Sequence record: PV159336
DNA from: Escherichia phage W22
DNA length: 64,000 nucleotides
Direction: 5' to 3' (one strand)
Position numbers and translations under genes: made by a program. This document shows, piece by piece, positions 63,693-64,000 of the stretch. Within the stretch, counting starts at the first letter, position 1, and every line of letters starts with the position of its first letter. The notes under the pieces are model-generated. The model saw nothing but the letters and a program-made list of their open reading frames with translations. It was not told the origin of the DNA and ran no database searches.

Positions 63693-63900
63693 TAATGTTT
63701 AGAACATTGGCTATAATATAAGCTATCCAATAATAAACATAGTGAATAATGACCCTGATGATCATAATGCGCCACCTTCCAGGGGGCGCTATGTGAACAC
63801 AAAGAAATCTTTCTTGTCAAGAAAAATATTACCATTATTGCGCAAAATTATTTACATCTGAATAGATGGTTTTTCATACTATTGGCCCAATGTAACTTGT

Positions 63901-64000
63901 CATTTGTTGAGCATAGTTATAGCCTATTTGTTGCAATGTATCTTCCTATTTGTTGCCCTAACTATTGCTATTTGTTGGGTACAACTATTCCTATTTGTTG
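63901..64000. repeat. iteron-like array: five copies of C(T/A)ATTTGTTG at 22-23 bp spacing, running off window edge
   Basis: Copies at 63901, 63924, 63946, 63968, 63991. Confidence 0.7.

Overview
This window reads as a contiguous stretch of a virulent, AT-rich dsDNA phage genome, annotated from sequence alone with no database searches. The layout is: (i) + strand, 1-8302: late adsorption module with three large fibre/spike genes (beta-helix, collagen-like, Ig-like plus esterase-like), each ended by a hairpin terminator. (ii) - strand, 8338-46236: a long middle region with DNA methyltransferase, SSB-like protein, CCA-type nucleotidyltransferase, T7-gp5-like family A DNA polymerase, gp4-like primase-helicase, a cluster of four glycosyltransferases, a secreted SleB-type cell-wall hydrolase, a Ter-like module (TerD, vWA, TelA-like, TerC) followed by a coupled HAD-PRTase-Macro operon, anaerobic RNR NrdD/NrdG, an SF1 helicase interrupted by a 346-aa intein, and many small ORFs. 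(iii) + strand, 46665-62834: an early region of small ORFs, including a NADAR protein and an AAA ATPase paralogous to one in the middle region, driven by about 20 sigma70-like promoters, most followed by a conserved 5'-UTR hairpin. (iv) Structured non-coding DNA at 51918-53190 (tandem repeats, TGAGAAT palindromes, a GC-rich island) and 62880-64000 (a G-poor AT tract, nested inverted repeats, 22-bp iterons running off the window edge). The strongest candidates for an undescribed system are the phage-borne Ter-like/HAD-PRTase-Macro block and the promoter-hairpin cassette array. No tRNA, rRNA or CRISPR array was recognised.
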